Origin: Savitreella phatthalungensis
Taxonomy: Eukaryota
Reading direction: 5' to 3'
Assembly (NCBI GenBank): GCA_051599415.1
Contig: AP039712.1
Span: 124,001-188,000 of the forward strand
DNA: 64,000 nt
Below the pieces are notes generated by a model, which had not been told where the DNA came from, made no database searches, and worked only from the letters and a program-made list of their open reading frames with translations. Positions 21,211 through 32,975 of this stretch are shown here, in pieces (position 1 is the stretch's first letter; every line of letters starts with the position of its first letter). Position numbers and translations under genes: made by a program.

Positions 21211-21937
21211 GCATTCGAAAAGCATTACACGCCCTGTACAACATCACTTCAATCCCTTTCACTTCAAAAAATCAAGGACACTTTTCAATCACGACATTAT
21301 TCACCTGTCGACCTTTCGCTTCTTTTGCACTATCTTCTTCGCCTGGCGCGGCGATCATAAGCCTTGACGACTCGCAAGAAGAGAGACGAAGAAGAGGAGG
21401 ATATCACAACCAAGAACTGTCGTACTTCAGGCCTTTTACTTTATCTTTCATAGCTCTGCTTATGCATCGAGCGCCTTTGGACTCTAAACTAAGAAATCTA
21501 TCATCTTCTACTCTACCTTGTTCTACTGTACACTGAATGACTCGAGACTTCTGAGTGATTGACTGTGTGCATCGAGCTGATTGAGTGAGTATAAAGTGGT
21601 TGAGTCAATGTAGTGAAGTGAATTCCCGAAGTTCCGCGTTGGACAGAAGCTTATCTTTCAGAGATGGAATTTGAGCTCTCTGGTTTCAAGCTGCATCGTT
21701 GAGGAATTGCCGGAATATATCATCTGTGCATCTGGAACACAAACGAAACTTGGACTACAAGGTGGTCTAGAAGTACACGTGATTCTGCAAGTGAGAGATA
21801 CGCACCAATTCAGGTAGCTGGGGTCTGAACCTCACTGAGGGAGTGATTCTGCATGCCGAGGCAAAGTTCGGTGAAAACCTCTGATTACGTTTCAGATTGA
21901 TTTTGTGAATCAATCAATTTGATACTCGATCGATCAT

Positions 21938-22054
21938 TTCAGATTGATAGAATTTAATCAACATGATACATAATAAATTCAGCATGAAAGCATTCAATCA
22001 ATATGATACATAATCGTTCAGATTGATGGTAGTCTAATCAACATGATGCATAAT
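21938..22054. repeat. AT-rich minisatellite, three ~40-bp units
   Basis: AATCAAYATGATRCATAAT at 21956, 21996 and 22036; TTCAGATTGAT-type half at 21938, 21978 (variant) and 22017; partial copy at 21891. Confidence 0.85.
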
Positions 22055-22763
22055 CAACTAATCAATTCGATACATATCTATGCATCTCGATCAATTGTGC
22101 GAGGGTGTCTGCCATGCTCAATTAAAGCGGTACATAGATATCAGTGTCAACAGCATGCACACGCACCCACATGGCCAAAGCGGAATTTCGGCCCTTGTAC
22201 AAGATCAAAAATCCATTCTATCTTTTTCCTTCCTTAGAAACCTGATCTGACGCTGAATAGATTGTATAGTTTATACTCTGTTGTACACATGATCATAAGC
22301 AGAACGATTCTTTACAGTGTCACAAGCAACAACTGGACCTGGCAGCCGCCAAAAGCCCGAAAGGCCCGACAATCCCCGCCTCCACAATCCTTTGCCCCGG
22401 TCCAACTCTCTACACCGGTCAGAGCCAGAGACCCTCACCATTACGCACCACTCACTCATCCACTCACTCACTCACGCACACACTCAGGCGCCAGGAAGGT
22501 AGACCGACAGAGTACCAGAGGGTGTGTCTGTCTGTCACCGTCACTCACCGACCAGGGTTCGGTCAGACACACTCACAGACACACACAGACACACACAGAC
22601 ACACGGAATCTTCCACAGGCAACACAACCACAGACCCATCATCATCCATCGTTCGTTCCGAACAACTTCACAATCGTCCTGGAAGACGCACACACAGACA
22701 CACCCTTTCTAAGACAACCCTTACCCTCTCCACATCTCTCTTTCGTTTCTCTTCATTCAAACC

Positions 22764-24407
22764 ATGGCTACGTCAATGGGATTCAACGTCAACAACATCG
22801 AGGGTGTCACAATCCTCGGCAACGTCGATGCAGCTGCAAAGACAATCCTCACACCAGAGGCAGTCGCTTTCGTCGCACACCTCCACCGCACCTTCAACCC
22901 ACGCCGCAAGGAGCTTCTCCAGCGCCGTGTCGACCGTCAGGCCCAGCTCGATGCCGGCGTCCTCCCAGACTTCCTTCCTGAGACAAAGTGGATCCGTGAG
23001 GACAAGACCTGGAAGGCAGCACCGCCTGCACCTGGACTCGTCGACCGTCGTGTCGAGATCACAGGTCCAGTCGACCGAAAGATGGTCATCAACGCCCTCA
23101 ACTCCGACGTCGCCACCTACATGGCCGACTTTGAGGACTCCTCCACACCCACCTGGGCTAACCTGATCTCCGGACAGATCAACCTGCGTGACGCCATCGC
23201 CAGACAGATCTCTTTCAAGGGCCCCAATGGCAAGGAGTACAAGCTCAACACCCAGCCAGGCAGGCACATCCCGACCTTGCTCGTCCGCCCACGTGGATGG
23301 CACCTGGAGGAGAAGCACTTCCTCGTCGACGGAGAGGCCATCTCCGGCGGCATCTTTGACTTTGCCATCTACTTCTTCCACAACGCACGCAACCTGATCA
23401 AGAACGGCCACGGACCGTACTTCTACCTACCAAAGATGGAGTCCCACCTGGAGGCCCGTCTGTGGAACGACATCTTCAACATGTCGCAGGACTACATTGG
23501 CATCCCACGCGGCACCATCCGTGGTACCGTGCTGATCGAGACCATCCTCGGCGTCTTCGAGATGGACGAGATCATCTTCGAGCTCCGCGACCACTCTTCT
23601 GGCCTCAACTGTGGCCGATGGGACTACATCTTCTCCCTCATCAAGAAGCTCCGTCAGAACCCATCGTTCGTCCTGCCAAACCGTGGTGACGTGACGATGA
23701 CGGTCACCTTCATGCGTTCCTACACTGAGCTGCTGATCAAGACATGCCACCAGCGTGGTGTGCACGCCATGGGTGGCATGGCTGCCCAGATCCCGCTCAA
23801 GGACCGAGCATCCGAGGCCAACAAGATCGCAATGAAGAAGGTGTTCGACGACAAGCTGCGCGAGGTCAAGGCTGGTCACGACGGCACCTGGATCGCCCAC
23901 CCTGAGCTTGGCAAGATCGCGATGGAGGTCTTCAACAAGTACATGCCCACACCTAACCAGCTCCACCGCCGTCGTGAGGACGTCCAGGTTGGCCAGAACG
24001 ACCTGCTGAACATGAACGTGCCAGGACAGATCACCGAGGAAGGTGTGCGGGAGAACATCCGGATCGGTCTCCAGTACATGGAGGCCTGGCTTCGTGGCAC
24101 CGGCTGCGTGCCCATCAACAACCTGATGGAGGACGCCGCGACTGCGGAGATCTCTCGCGCGCAGCTGTGGCAGTGGGCCAAGCACCAGCCCACCACCAAG
24201 GAGGGCTCCAAGGTCACAAAGGAGCTCAACCTCAGATTCCTCAAGGAAGTCACGTCGGAGCTTGCAGCCAAGGCACCCCAGGGCAACAAGTTCGAGCTCG
24301 CTGCCAGGTACTTCGGCACCCAGGTCACCGGAGAGCAATTCTCAGACTTCCTCACCTCCCAGATCTACGACGAGGTCACCACCACTGGAACACCAGCAAA
24401 GCTCTAA
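22764..24407 (+). CDS. MLS1: Malate synthase (glyoxylate cycle), peroxisomal
   Basis: [70 protein letters not shown]-terminal PTS1 AKL. Confidence 0.98.
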   Translation: MATSMGFNVNNIEGVTILGNVDAAAKTILTPEAVAFVAHLHRTFNPRRKELLQRRVDRQAQLDAGVLPDFLPETKWIREDKTWKAAPPAPGLVDRRVEITGPVDRKMVINALNSDVATYMADFEDSSTPTWANLISGQINLRDAIARQISFKGPNGKEYKLNTQPGRHIPTLLVRPRGWHLEEKHFLVDGEAISGGIFDFAIYFFHNARNLIKNGHGPYFYLPKMESHLEARLWNDIFNMSQDYIGIPRGTIRGTVLIETILGVFEMDEIIFELRDHSSGLNCGRWDYIFSLIKKLRQNPSFVLPNRGDVTMTVTFMRSYTELLIKTCHQRGVHAMGGMAAQIPLKDRASEANKIAMKKVFDDKLREVKAGHDGTWIAHPELGKIAMEVFNKYMPTPNQLHRRREDVQVGQNDLLNMNVPGQITEEGVRENIRIGLQYMEAWLRGTGCVPINNLMEDAATAEISRAQLWQWAKHQPTTKEGSKVTKELNLRFLKEVTSELAAKAPQGNKFELAARYFGTQVTGEQFSDFLTSQIYDEVTTTGTPAKL

Positions 24408-24655
24408 ATCGCCCAACGCCTCACTTCTAAACTCCATATCTCTCCTTCTCTCTCTGTTCATCTCGCCCTAGTGCGTTTCCGTAGTCGGAATCGAGTTCAG
24501 TTTTAACTTACCCGGGTGCACGTGTACACATCAAGTAGCGACATCATTGACAGTATATGTACTCTGTCCCATCGATGGAGGTGATGGTGGTGGTTCCTGG
24601 AGATCACCTGCGTCACCTCTACGCGTCTCCGGTCGATCGAGTCTCTCAATCGGAC

Positions 24656-24954
24656 GATCGACCCTGACACATCACCCAAGTTTGCATCTCTTGGTTTGAC
24701 AGGTCGCGCGCAAGAAACCTGTACAACCCTTCCTGATTGGCTACGCTCTACAGATAAAAACCGTGTACGAGTGTCCAGTCCATCTCCCTGTCGTCCCGGC
24801 TTCAAGAAGCAATCCAATGATCGACCCTGACATATCACCCCAGGTGTGCATCTCTTGATTTGACAGGTCGCGTGCGATACACTCATACGGCCTTACCTCA
24901 TTGACTCAACCCTAAAGATAGAATCCGAGTAGGAGTGTCCGGCCCATCTCCCTG
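24656..24954. repeat. Degenerate tandem duplication, period 163-164 bp
   Basis: gatcgaccctgaca...tgcatctcttg.tttgacaggtcgcg...gagtgtcc..ccatctccctg at 24656-24790 and 24819-24954. Confidence 0.85.
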
Positions 24955-26289
24955 ACCTCCCTCCTTTCGAAAGTTCCGATCAAATCTCCGGATCCGCGGA
25001 ACGTCTTTTGGTCACGCGTGACCTATCAATGTCATTCACACCCAGAACAACAAAGTGGTGGCAAGTGTGTGTATATCGAAGGAAACGATTGGCTGACGAT
25101 AGAAGGGACAACCCATCAGATCGCGAGTGTGAGTGATGGTTGCTGGAGTGGAGGATGGAGTGATCTACATACCCACGGACATTGCCATCTTCCGCGGTGT
25201 AGGTGTGCGGGCGAGCGAGCGAATGAGGTGGATCGCGTTATGGGGGGAGCCGTCGAAGAAGGCGAAAAAATTCTGTAGCTTCTACCCCGGATACATCATC
25301 GACAGCCGCATGACCACACGGGCACGGTTGAGAAAGCGTGGAAGCTGCAGGATAATCGCGTCCGCTCACTTTACAACAAAAATTCCAACGCCACCTGGTG
25401 CCCACAAATTTGGTGGAAGGTAAAGGTGATTTAGGAGGAGTGACCTGGTAGGTACAAGATCGACATGGGAATACAGGAGACAGCAGAAGAAGGTGAGTAG
25501 TGAATTCCATCAAAATTCGGTCTCCCGTCATCGACATTTGTACGACCATTGATAGATTGACACCTTTCAAAATGTGTCATCTAGAAAAGGATAATCTCAG
25601 TACGATCAAAGAGAATCTGGGGTATCTGTGACAGGCATGCAGTGACAAGACCACGCGAGCAACCCACGTTGTCATGGAAGGAGCCGCTTTTATCCTTTTA
25701 TTGCTTCTGCTTCTCTTCTATTCCTCTACTCTTGTGAATTTCGGGGCTCTAGCATTGTGGTTCCCGTACGCTTCCCTCATTCTGTTAAGTCTTCTTCTTG
25801 ACACGGAGGCTGAGCAGTGTCCGCGTCCAATTTCCTTGGTCGATCGACCATCTTTCTGGGAACCGGTATCCGCGGAGGAGGACTAATTGACGACTTGTCA
25901 TTGGCAGGAAAGCTTCCTCATCTCCCATGTCAACCTGTCCGGGACCTTTGAGACTGGCAAGGTCATGTCTTTCGATCCGTCAAAAATCCGGGGTAGGCCT
26001 TACGAGGTCATTCCGCAGGTCGCGCGTCCGCCACCCTGGACGTCGATCATTACTACGCCCGCGAGTTCCATTACCCCAGAAAGCAACCCCGACCAATGAA
26101 TCTCTCCACAATGTCACCATTTCCCGTAAGAGCCCTTCTGTAGTCCTCAATTGAGGACTCTTAGTGAGACCAGCTCGGCGGCTCCCATCGTCAACGGGAT
26201 ATGTACCCCGTAAACATCGTCGTAGTGTAAGGAAGAGTCGTGGTGTATATAAAGCTCGAGGACATCCTAAAATTTAGAGCATCAGCAAC

Positions 26290-27579
26290 ATGCACTTCAC
26301 TACTGCTCTTGCACTTTCCGCAGCGGGCGCTTCGGCGTTCCCTCACATGGCCGTTCGCATGGCCGAGCAGCTGAAGGCGAAGCGCGACGCCGGCGTTGAC
26401 GGTGGCATGGACATCCAGGAGCTTCTCGCCAAGCGTCAGCTCCTTGCCGACCACGCCGGTTTCCCCTCGACCTCGTACGACGCAGCTGCACAGACAGTCT
26501 GCAACTCCAAAGCCTGCGGTCACGAGTACATCCCTGCCGACTTCAGCAAGGGTGACATCCGTGGACCATGCCCTGGTCTCAACGCAGCAGCCAACCACGG
26601 CTACATCGCCCGCAACGGTGTGACAAACCTGCAGGAGGCGATCGAGGGCACAAACGCCGTCTTCTCCATGAGCACGGATCTCGGTGGATTCCTGTCCCTG
26701 TACTCGGTCCTCCAGGACGGTGACCTGATGACCCAGAAGTGGTCGATTGGTGGTCAGCCACCTTCCGGTGGCGGTCTCGGTCTCACCGGCTCCCACAACA
26801 AGTATGAGACCGACTCGTCTCCAATGCGCGGCGACCTGTACGAGTACGGCAACAACTTCAAGCTGCAGATGTCGCAGTTCCAGTCGTTCTACGACCGCCA
26901 CCGTGGTGAGAAGGACCCAGCGTGGACGTTCGACGGTGACATCATCCCATTCCGCAGCCAGCGATTCACCGAGTCGATCGAGCAGAACCCATACTTCTAC
27001 TACGGTGCCTTCACCGGTATCCAGGTCTCCCAGGCAGCCTTCACCTTCATCCGTGCATTCATGGCAAACTACTCTGCAGAGTTCCCCAACGGTCGGCTGA
27101 ACCGTAAGTCTCTGCGATCGTTCATGGGCATCCAGGTCGACGACGAGACTGTCGACTACGAGTCTGGAACGTCCAAGCTTACCTGGGTCCCTGGTACCGA
27201 ACGTATCCCGGACAACTGGCACAAGCGCCCGCCGAGCAACCCTTACTCGATCCCTTCGTTCCAGCAGGACGTTCTGCGCATCGGTGCTGTTGACCCTCGT
27301 ATCCTGTCTGCTGGCTACAACTCAAACGGCGTCAACACCTACGTCTCTGTCCCACCGACCACCAGCTCGAACTACAACCCTGCCAACTTTGTCGCCAACC
27401 CGACCTCGTTCAACTGCTTCTTCTACCAGACAATCTCCCTCGCCTTCGCAGACGCACTCAAGCAGGCAGGCGCAGGTCTCATCCTCGCCGCACAGCCAAT
27501 CATCTCACAGCTCGTGCCCGCATCAACCTGCCCATCGATCGAGCTCACCAAGGTGCCAGCACCCAAGACACCTGCTTGA
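26290..27579 (+). CDS. Secreted heme-thiolate peroxidase / unspecific peroxygenase (long type)
   Basis: Signal peptide, KR propeptide sites, RGPCPGLNAAANHGY (PCP heme ligand), SHNKYETDSSPMRGD, GTERIPDNWHKRP; TATATAAA at ~26245. Confidence 0.93.
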   Translation: MHFTTALALSAAGASAFPHMAVRMAEQLKAKRDAGVDGGMDIQELLAKRQLLADHAGFPSTSYDAAAQTVCNSKACGHEYIPADFSKGDIRGPCPGLNAAANHGYIARNGVTNLQEAIEGTNAVFSMSTDLGGFLSLYSVLQDGDLMTQKWSIGGQPPSGGGLGLTGSHNKYETDSSPMRGDLYEYGNNFKLQMSQFQSFYDRHRGEKDPAWTFDGDIIPFRSQRFTESIEQNPYFYYGAFTGIQVSQAAFTFIRAFMANYSAEFPNGRLNRKSLRSFMGIQVDDETVDYESGTSKLTWVPGTERIPDNWHKRPPSNPYSIPSFQQDVLRIGAVDPRILSAGYNSNGVNTYVSVPPTTSSNYNPANFVANPTSFNCFFYQTISLAFADALKQAGAGLILAAQPIISQLVPASTCPSIELTKVPAPKTPA

Positions 27580-27693
27580 TCGCTCACTTAGTTAGTGGCA
27601 TGAGAGAGACAGTATCTTCTAGTACATAGCACAAGAGAATTGAAAAAGCTTCTTTTATTTCTCCCATCGTCACGTTACGTACATACATACCCA

Positions 27694-28822
27694 CCCTATG
27701 AGATTTATGCGCCGGGATTTTACTGTGGAGGAAAGAAAATCACCACTGTAACCTGAATTTTGCGCCGGGATTTTTGACCGCAGTGCGCCGGGATTTTGGC
27801 CAAATTTCCCTTAATTCTTGCGTTCAGGCCGGGATCCGGGATTTCTGCGCCGGGATTTAGGCCGGGATCCGGGATTTCGAAGGTCTGACAAGAATCTCGA
27901 AGTAAAATTTTGCTAAGTCATGGAAACTAACTAGCACGTGCTCTGTGTACGTCACCGACCTCGTATACGTGAAACACCGCGTGTTCTCCACCATATACCT
28001 GAAACGAAACGCGTGTTTCAGATAGAGCACCAGACACCAGCAGTACAGCGCAACAGTATACCTTCCAGCCAGTCAAGAACAGCGCAGTACAGTCTTGAGG
28101 TCATCATTGTGTGTGTACAGCATGGTGATAATCTCAAGACTACTCCCAGCTACTTGGACTACCTGGCAAGGTGTGACTGCCTTTGTCGTGTCATGTTATG
28201 TTGTGTCGTGTCATGCCGTGTCCTGTCTACCTGAAACAACGCGCCGTCTGTCGACTGCCAGCTGTCACTGACACGCTAGTATCGCTATCTGAAACATGGC
28301 ATGGCGGGTCACACCTTGTCAATCTGGGACACAGCAATCTACCTGGGAATCAAAGCACTGCTGCTAGGACTATTGGATTGGCTGCTACACGTGAGACACG
28401 CGACTTTGACAGCAATTTGTCTGACACAAACCCAACATGCGCAATACTGGCTATTGTCAAGCTGAAACACGGCATGGCAGGTCACACACAATTAATCTAT
28501 CTGGTACACGACAACTGCTAGTACCTCTACAGTCCTAGGACTACTGGATCTGCTGGGACTGCTGTCACTAGGCTACACCTGGCAGTCTCTTGTCAGATAG
28601 ACCTGTAGATTGTTACTGTAGCTTTCCAATCATTCTATTGACCAATTGACTACCTACCCGGAGACCACCCGAAGATAAAAATCCCGGCCCGAATCTCGAA
28701 ATCCCGTTTCCCGAATCCCGGCGCAAAAGTGGTTACAAAACGCCGGGATTCGGGATTTTCTGCGAAGTGGGCGAAAATCCCGGATCCCGGCCCAAAAATC
28801 CCGGCGGAAATTTCTTATAGGG
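27694..28822. mobile_element. Putative non-autonomous DNA transposon (CCC-ended, CMC/CACTA-like), 1129 bp
   Basis: 28-bp imperfect TIRs (23/28 identical) at 27694-27721 and 28795-28822; CA on both flanks (possible 2-bp TSD); arrays of GCCGGGATTT subterminal repeats, mostly inverted between the two ends; no transposase. Confidence 0.7.
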
Positions 28823-28836
28823 CATCATTTGATCTT

Positions 28837-29835
28837 TTACACAAGTTTGAAAGCATGAAAAAGTGCTTCGGCTGGAGTTCCGAAGCCTCTGAGTTTGCGA
28901 TCGTGGTAGGTGACTTCGGTTCCCCTGACGATACCGATGACTGCGTTTGAAGGTTTTGCGAGGACCGGTGCTCCTGAGGAGCCTTGTGAGGGGGTCGCCC
29001 TGAACAGGAGCGTGTTGAGCTCATCGTACGTGCCGGTCTCTGCCTCCCGTCCTCGCCTGTCCTGGTAGAGTGCGAGTTCTGACTGGACCCATGTGCCGTG
29101 TGGGGCGCCCGTGGACGGGTCTGGTCTGCCCGCGTCGAAGTGGAGGACGGTGGTGCCGGTGGGGGATGGGTAGGGGTCGACAGGGAGTGGTTGGATCGGT
29201 TTAGCAACGCGGAGGATCACCAAGTCACCCACAACCAAATGGGAAGCAACTTCCACCACAGGAATCACATCACCTTCACACCCAATTACAACACACCGGC
29301 CATCACGCAGGCCGCGCATCTGAGCCACACCGTCAAACGAACGCGTCGCAGCAGCCAGCTGGTGGAATGGGTGAGCGCAGGTCACGACGAGCGAGCCGTC
29401 ACCGATAGCGAATCCGGTCGCATACACGGCGCGAGAGGCTGTGGGGTCGGCGGATGGGAATACATGAGCGACAGTAACCAAGGACTTGCTTACGTCGTCA
29501 AGAGGTAGGGACGTGCCGCGGTTTCCGTTAGAGAGCGTCTCCTGAATCTCGAATCCAGCACGGTCGTCCAGTTGTGTCAGCAGCTGGGAGAATGTCGGGG
29601 ATGTTTGTGGGAGAGTGCTGTCAAGGAGGCGTTTCGACAGAGAGGCCTTCAGCTCGTCATGCGCGGAGTCCTTTGGCCGCGGCGGTGGAGTTGGGAGGGA
29701 GATGGAAGGCGTAGGTTGTGGGGCGGTTGGCGGGTGACCAGTGATAGGGACATCCACCGGTTTTGCATAGCATCTCCGAGCAGACAGGGCTGTGCGAGCT
29801 AGCTGCCTGGCGGTGGAAGCTCTCATGTAGCTCAT
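28837..29835 (-). CDS. Trypsin-like serine peptidase with a mitochondrial-type presequence
   Basis: ATGFAI, VVTCAH (His), DLVIL (Asp), GSSGAPV (Ser); Arg/Ala/Ser-rich N-terminus; alternative start at 29826. Confidence 0.8.
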   Translation of the reverse strand: MSYMRASTARQLARTALSARRCYAKPVDVPITGHPPTAPQPTPSISLPTPPPRPKDSAHDELKASLSKRLLDSTLPQTSPTFSQLLTQLDDRAGFEIQETLSNGNRGTSLPLDDVSKSLVTVAHVFPSADPTASRAVYATGFAIGDGSLVVTCAHPFHQLAAATRSFDGVAQMRGLRDGRCVVIGCEGDVIPVVEVASHLVVGDLVILRVAKPIQPLPVDPYPSPTGTTVLHFDAGRPDPSTGAPHGTWVQSELALYQDRRGREAETGTYDELNTLLFRATPSQGSSGAPVLAKPSNAVIGIVRGTEVTYHDRKLRGFGTPAEALFHAFKLV

Positions 29836-30914
29836 TAAATAGGGGGGTCAACCGGACGAGGACGGTCTTGTTTAAGGGTTGATGAATGTATTGTACTACC
29901 CCGTGCATATCATTCGATAGATGCTGTCATCGATATCAACCTACTGATCACATCAAAGATTTCTCACGTGTATTGAGGCGTTCGTTCTCTGCTGTGGCTT
30001 GAAGGTGATCATCTAGCTGGAGCCTGGAGCCTTGAGTTCTGGCAGTGGACGCTCGACCTGACTTTCCCTCGAACTTGGCTCAAATGGATGCATGAATTTG
30101 ATTCGATTTCATCCCACCCAAGTAAATACATTCGATAGAAGGACTCTTCTATTTCTTCTACTTCTTCTTCTTCCTCTTCATCTTCACCTCGGAGTAAATG
30201 GATGCAGGGTGTGGAAGGCTTGTGCCGCCTTCGGCACCTCGGCCCTCCCGAATTTGCCGTTTGATTATGTATCGAATTGATTGATTTAATGCCCTTTTCA
30301 ATCGAAGATGATTAAATTTCAGATTTATTATAGTCAATCTTTCTACTAAAATTCCCGATCAGTGCAACCTACCCCACATCCACGCGGCATTATCAACAAA
30401 TTCAAAGAACTTCAATGTGGAGCACAATCAATAATTCACTCCAGTGGACTCCGGCACAAATCAGAACAAGAAATAGAAGAATGTATAGGAATTCTCCTTA
30501 TTCAAATTGATCGTATAAACATCTAGTAATAGAGATTCAATCTCTACTTGAAACCTTTGATCAATAGATTTACGCTTCAAATTGATTAAAACATCTTATA
30601 TCGCCTTTCTGAAACGTTATCACTTTCCCGAATTCCTGCTGCGGCGGCTACTGCAGTGTATGAACCAGTCAGAGTTCAGTCTACTCCACACACAACTTCT
30701 ACTCTCTTTCCCCAAGCTGTACTACCTTTGAACCATTATAAAGACGAAACGTCCACGTATCAACCCCACAAAAACTTCACCAAAACCCCTTCCTCCTCCT
30801 CATCCTCTTCAACCTCGAGGATTTCCCCTTTTTGTACTACAGTTCTACCTCAGTCGTAACACAGTCGTCATCAGCAGAACCTCTTTCTGCTCTTCTCCTT
30901 CTCCCCAAGTCACA

Positions 30915-32294
30915 ATGGCAGTAGACACAATCCCAAGCAACCCGCCCAACGGTGAGGGAGTCCAGATCCCTTCGATGGCACAGACCCTCGTCAGGCCTCA
31001 CGCTCGCAAGATCCTCGACACCCTGTACAAGTTTGTGCACGAGGAGTGTCTTCCCGCTCAGGCAGTCTACCACGCCCAGATGGGTCATGGCGACCAGCGA
31101 TGGAAGGTGATTCCGCCAGTGGTTGAGGAACTGAAGTTGCGTGCAAAGAAGCTTGGACTCTGGAACCTGTTCCTTCACTCCCACTACAAGGAGGGCGCAG
31201 GTCTGACAAACGTCGAATACGGTCTGATGGCCGAGATCATGGGTCACTGCCACATCGCCTCCGAGGCAACCAACTGTGCAGCCCCAGACACCGGCAACAT
31301 GGAGGTGTTTGCCAAGTACGGCTCAGAGGAGCAGAAGAAGACTTGGCTGGAGCCACTTCTGGAGGGAAAGATCCGATCTGCTTTTGCGATGACGGAGCCT
31401 GGAATCGCTTCCTCTGACGCGACCAACATCGGCCTGTCGATGAAGCGCGAGGGCGACGAGTGGGTGCTGAACGGCAACAAGTGGTGGATCTCTGGCGCTG
31501 GTGACCCGCGATGCAAGATCTACATCGTCATGGGCAAGACCGACCCACAGAACTCGAACCCGTACCGCCAGCAGTCGATCATCCTCGTGCCTGCAGACAC
31601 GCCGGGCGTCAAGGTCATTCGCCCGCTTGGCGTCTTCGGCTTCGACGACGCACCCCACGGCCACTGCGAGCTCGAGTTCAGAAACTGCAGAGTGCCGTAC
31701 AAGAACATCGTCCTCGGCGAGGGTCGCGGATTCGAAATCATCCAGGGCAGACTCGGTCCAGGACGTATCCACCACTGCATGCGATCGATCGGCACTGCCG
31801 AGCGAGCACTCCAGCTGATGGTCAAGCGCGTGGTCGACCCTGCGAAGCGACAGAAGGGCAAGCTGCTGATGCAGGAAGGCGTCATCCTCGCTCGTCTCGC
31901 AGACGCCCGAATCCAGATCGATGCAGCCAGACTGATGGTCCTCAACGCTGCAGCCCAGATCGATGTGAAGGATGCCAAGTCGGCGTTGAACCAGATCGCC
32001 GAGGCCAAGGTGATGGTGCCGTCGATGGCACTCCAGGTGATCGACTGGGCGATGCAGGCCTACGGTGCAGAGGGTATCTGCCAGGACCAAGAACTCGCTC
32101 AGATGTGGGCACACCAGAGAACCCTCCGTTACGCAGACGGACCAGACGAGTCACACCAGAACCAGCTAGGCAGAATCGAAGTCCGAAAGGCAAAGTGGAT
32201 CGTTCCAACCTTCCAAGCAGCCAAGGACAAGTCAGACGCAGCACTCAAGGCAGCAGGACTTTCTCACCTCATTGGCAAGAAGGCTCTCCTCTAA
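30915..32294 (+). CDS. Acyl-CoA dehydrogenase (ACAD10/11/IBR3-like)
   Basis: GLWNLFL, NCAAPDTGNMEV, SAFAMTEP..ASSDATN, KWWISGAGDPRC, DDAPHGH, QGRLGPGRIHHCMR, RTLRYADGPDE. Confidence 0.96.
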   Translation: MAVDTIPSNPPNGEGVQIPSMAQTLVRPHARKILDTLYKFVHEECLPAQAVYHAQMGHGDQRWKVIPPVVEELKLRAKKLGLWNLFLHSHYKEGAGLTNVEYGLMAEIMGHCHIASEATNCAAPDTGNMEVFAKYGSEEQKKTWLEPLLEGKIRSAFAMTEPGIASSDATNIGLSMKREGDEWVLNGNKWWISGAGDPRCKIYIVMGKTDPQNSNPYRQQSIILVPADTPGVKVIRPLGVFGFDDAPHGHCELEFRNCRVPYKNIVLGEGRGFEIIQGRLGPGRIHHCMRSIGTAERALQLMVKRVVDPAKRQKGKLLMQEGVILARLADARIQIDAARLMVLNAAAQIDVKDAKSALNQIAEAKVMVPSMALQVIDWAMQAYGAEGICQDQELAQMWAHQRTLRYADGPDESHQNQLGRIEVRKAKWIVPTFQAAKDKSDAALKAAGLSHLIGKKALL

Positions 32295-32384
32295 AACAAT
32301 CACTCTCTCTTCACAGAAACAAGAAAAAGTCATATATGTCTCTTTTCCCGCCACTCTCTTTCTCTCTAAGACATTTTCAGTTTC

Positions 32385-32975
32385 TTAAAGCTGCTCCTTG
32401 AAGTCGTAGACGAGGACGACGACCTTGTTGACCTTTGGTGAGTTGAACTTGTTGATTCTAGTCCATCGTCGTTCCTTTGTGCCGTTGACGTCGACGAGGG
32501 TGACGCCGGTTGTGAGGAATGCCCTCCAGTTTGTCTTGTTTCCAGCAGATGCGTCTGCCCAAGACTCGATCAGCACAATCTTGCCGTTCTCATCCACGGT
32601 CTCCTCGAGCACGAGCGAGTCGACGAGCGCAGGGTCGATCTGTCTAGCCTCGTCCGGAGTGACAAGTCTAGCGCGGGTGATCATGTCACCGTAGATGTCG
32701 TGCTTGTCCTTGTGCTCCTGGTCGTCCACGTAGATGTGCTCCTTTGCTCCAGGGATCGAGCCGAGGAACGAAGCAGACACAATCTCCAGGTTGCCGCTGG
32801 CGTTCTTAGAAACACGGTTCTCAATCGACACGGTACCGTAAGAGATAGCCTTCCGCTTCAGCATGCCTACACCCTGAGCAGACAGGACATCCTCGTATGG
32901 CGTAGACAACTTCGCGTTCATCGTCATCTTCGCAGACAGGCCGTTGGCCGAGTTGATCGAGGCTGGCAGAGACAT
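32385..32975 (-). CDS. Conserved fungal protein, lipocalin/FABP-like beta-barrel
   Basis: N-terminal pattern LS.KMTMNAKLS..YEDVLSAQGVGMLKRKA resembles the FABP/lipocalin start; beta-strand pattern; ends LVYDF. Confidence 0.65.
   Translation of the reverse strand: MSLPASINSANGLSAKMTMNAKLSTPYEDVLSAQGVGMLKRKAISYGTVSIENRVSKNASGNLEIVSASFLGSIPGAKEHIYVDDQEHKDKHDIYGDMITRARLVTPDEARQIDPALVDSLVLEETVDENGKIVLIESWADASAGNKTNWRAFLTTGVTLVDVNGTKERRWTRINKFNSPKVNKVVVLVYDFKEQL

Noticed and set aside
21938..22054. Repeat arrays here and at 27700-27880 considered as CRISPR
   Set aside because: Eukaryotic context, no unique spacers and no cas genes.
25018..25423. Short ORFs with a possible branch point and acceptor near 25092-25101
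   Set aside because: I could not build a consistent spliced frame, and no motif was recognised.
20311..32114. Long antisense or alternative-frame ORFs over MLS1, the peroxygenase, ACAD and others
   Set aside because: Expected shadows of strong GC3 codon bias; no independent motifs.
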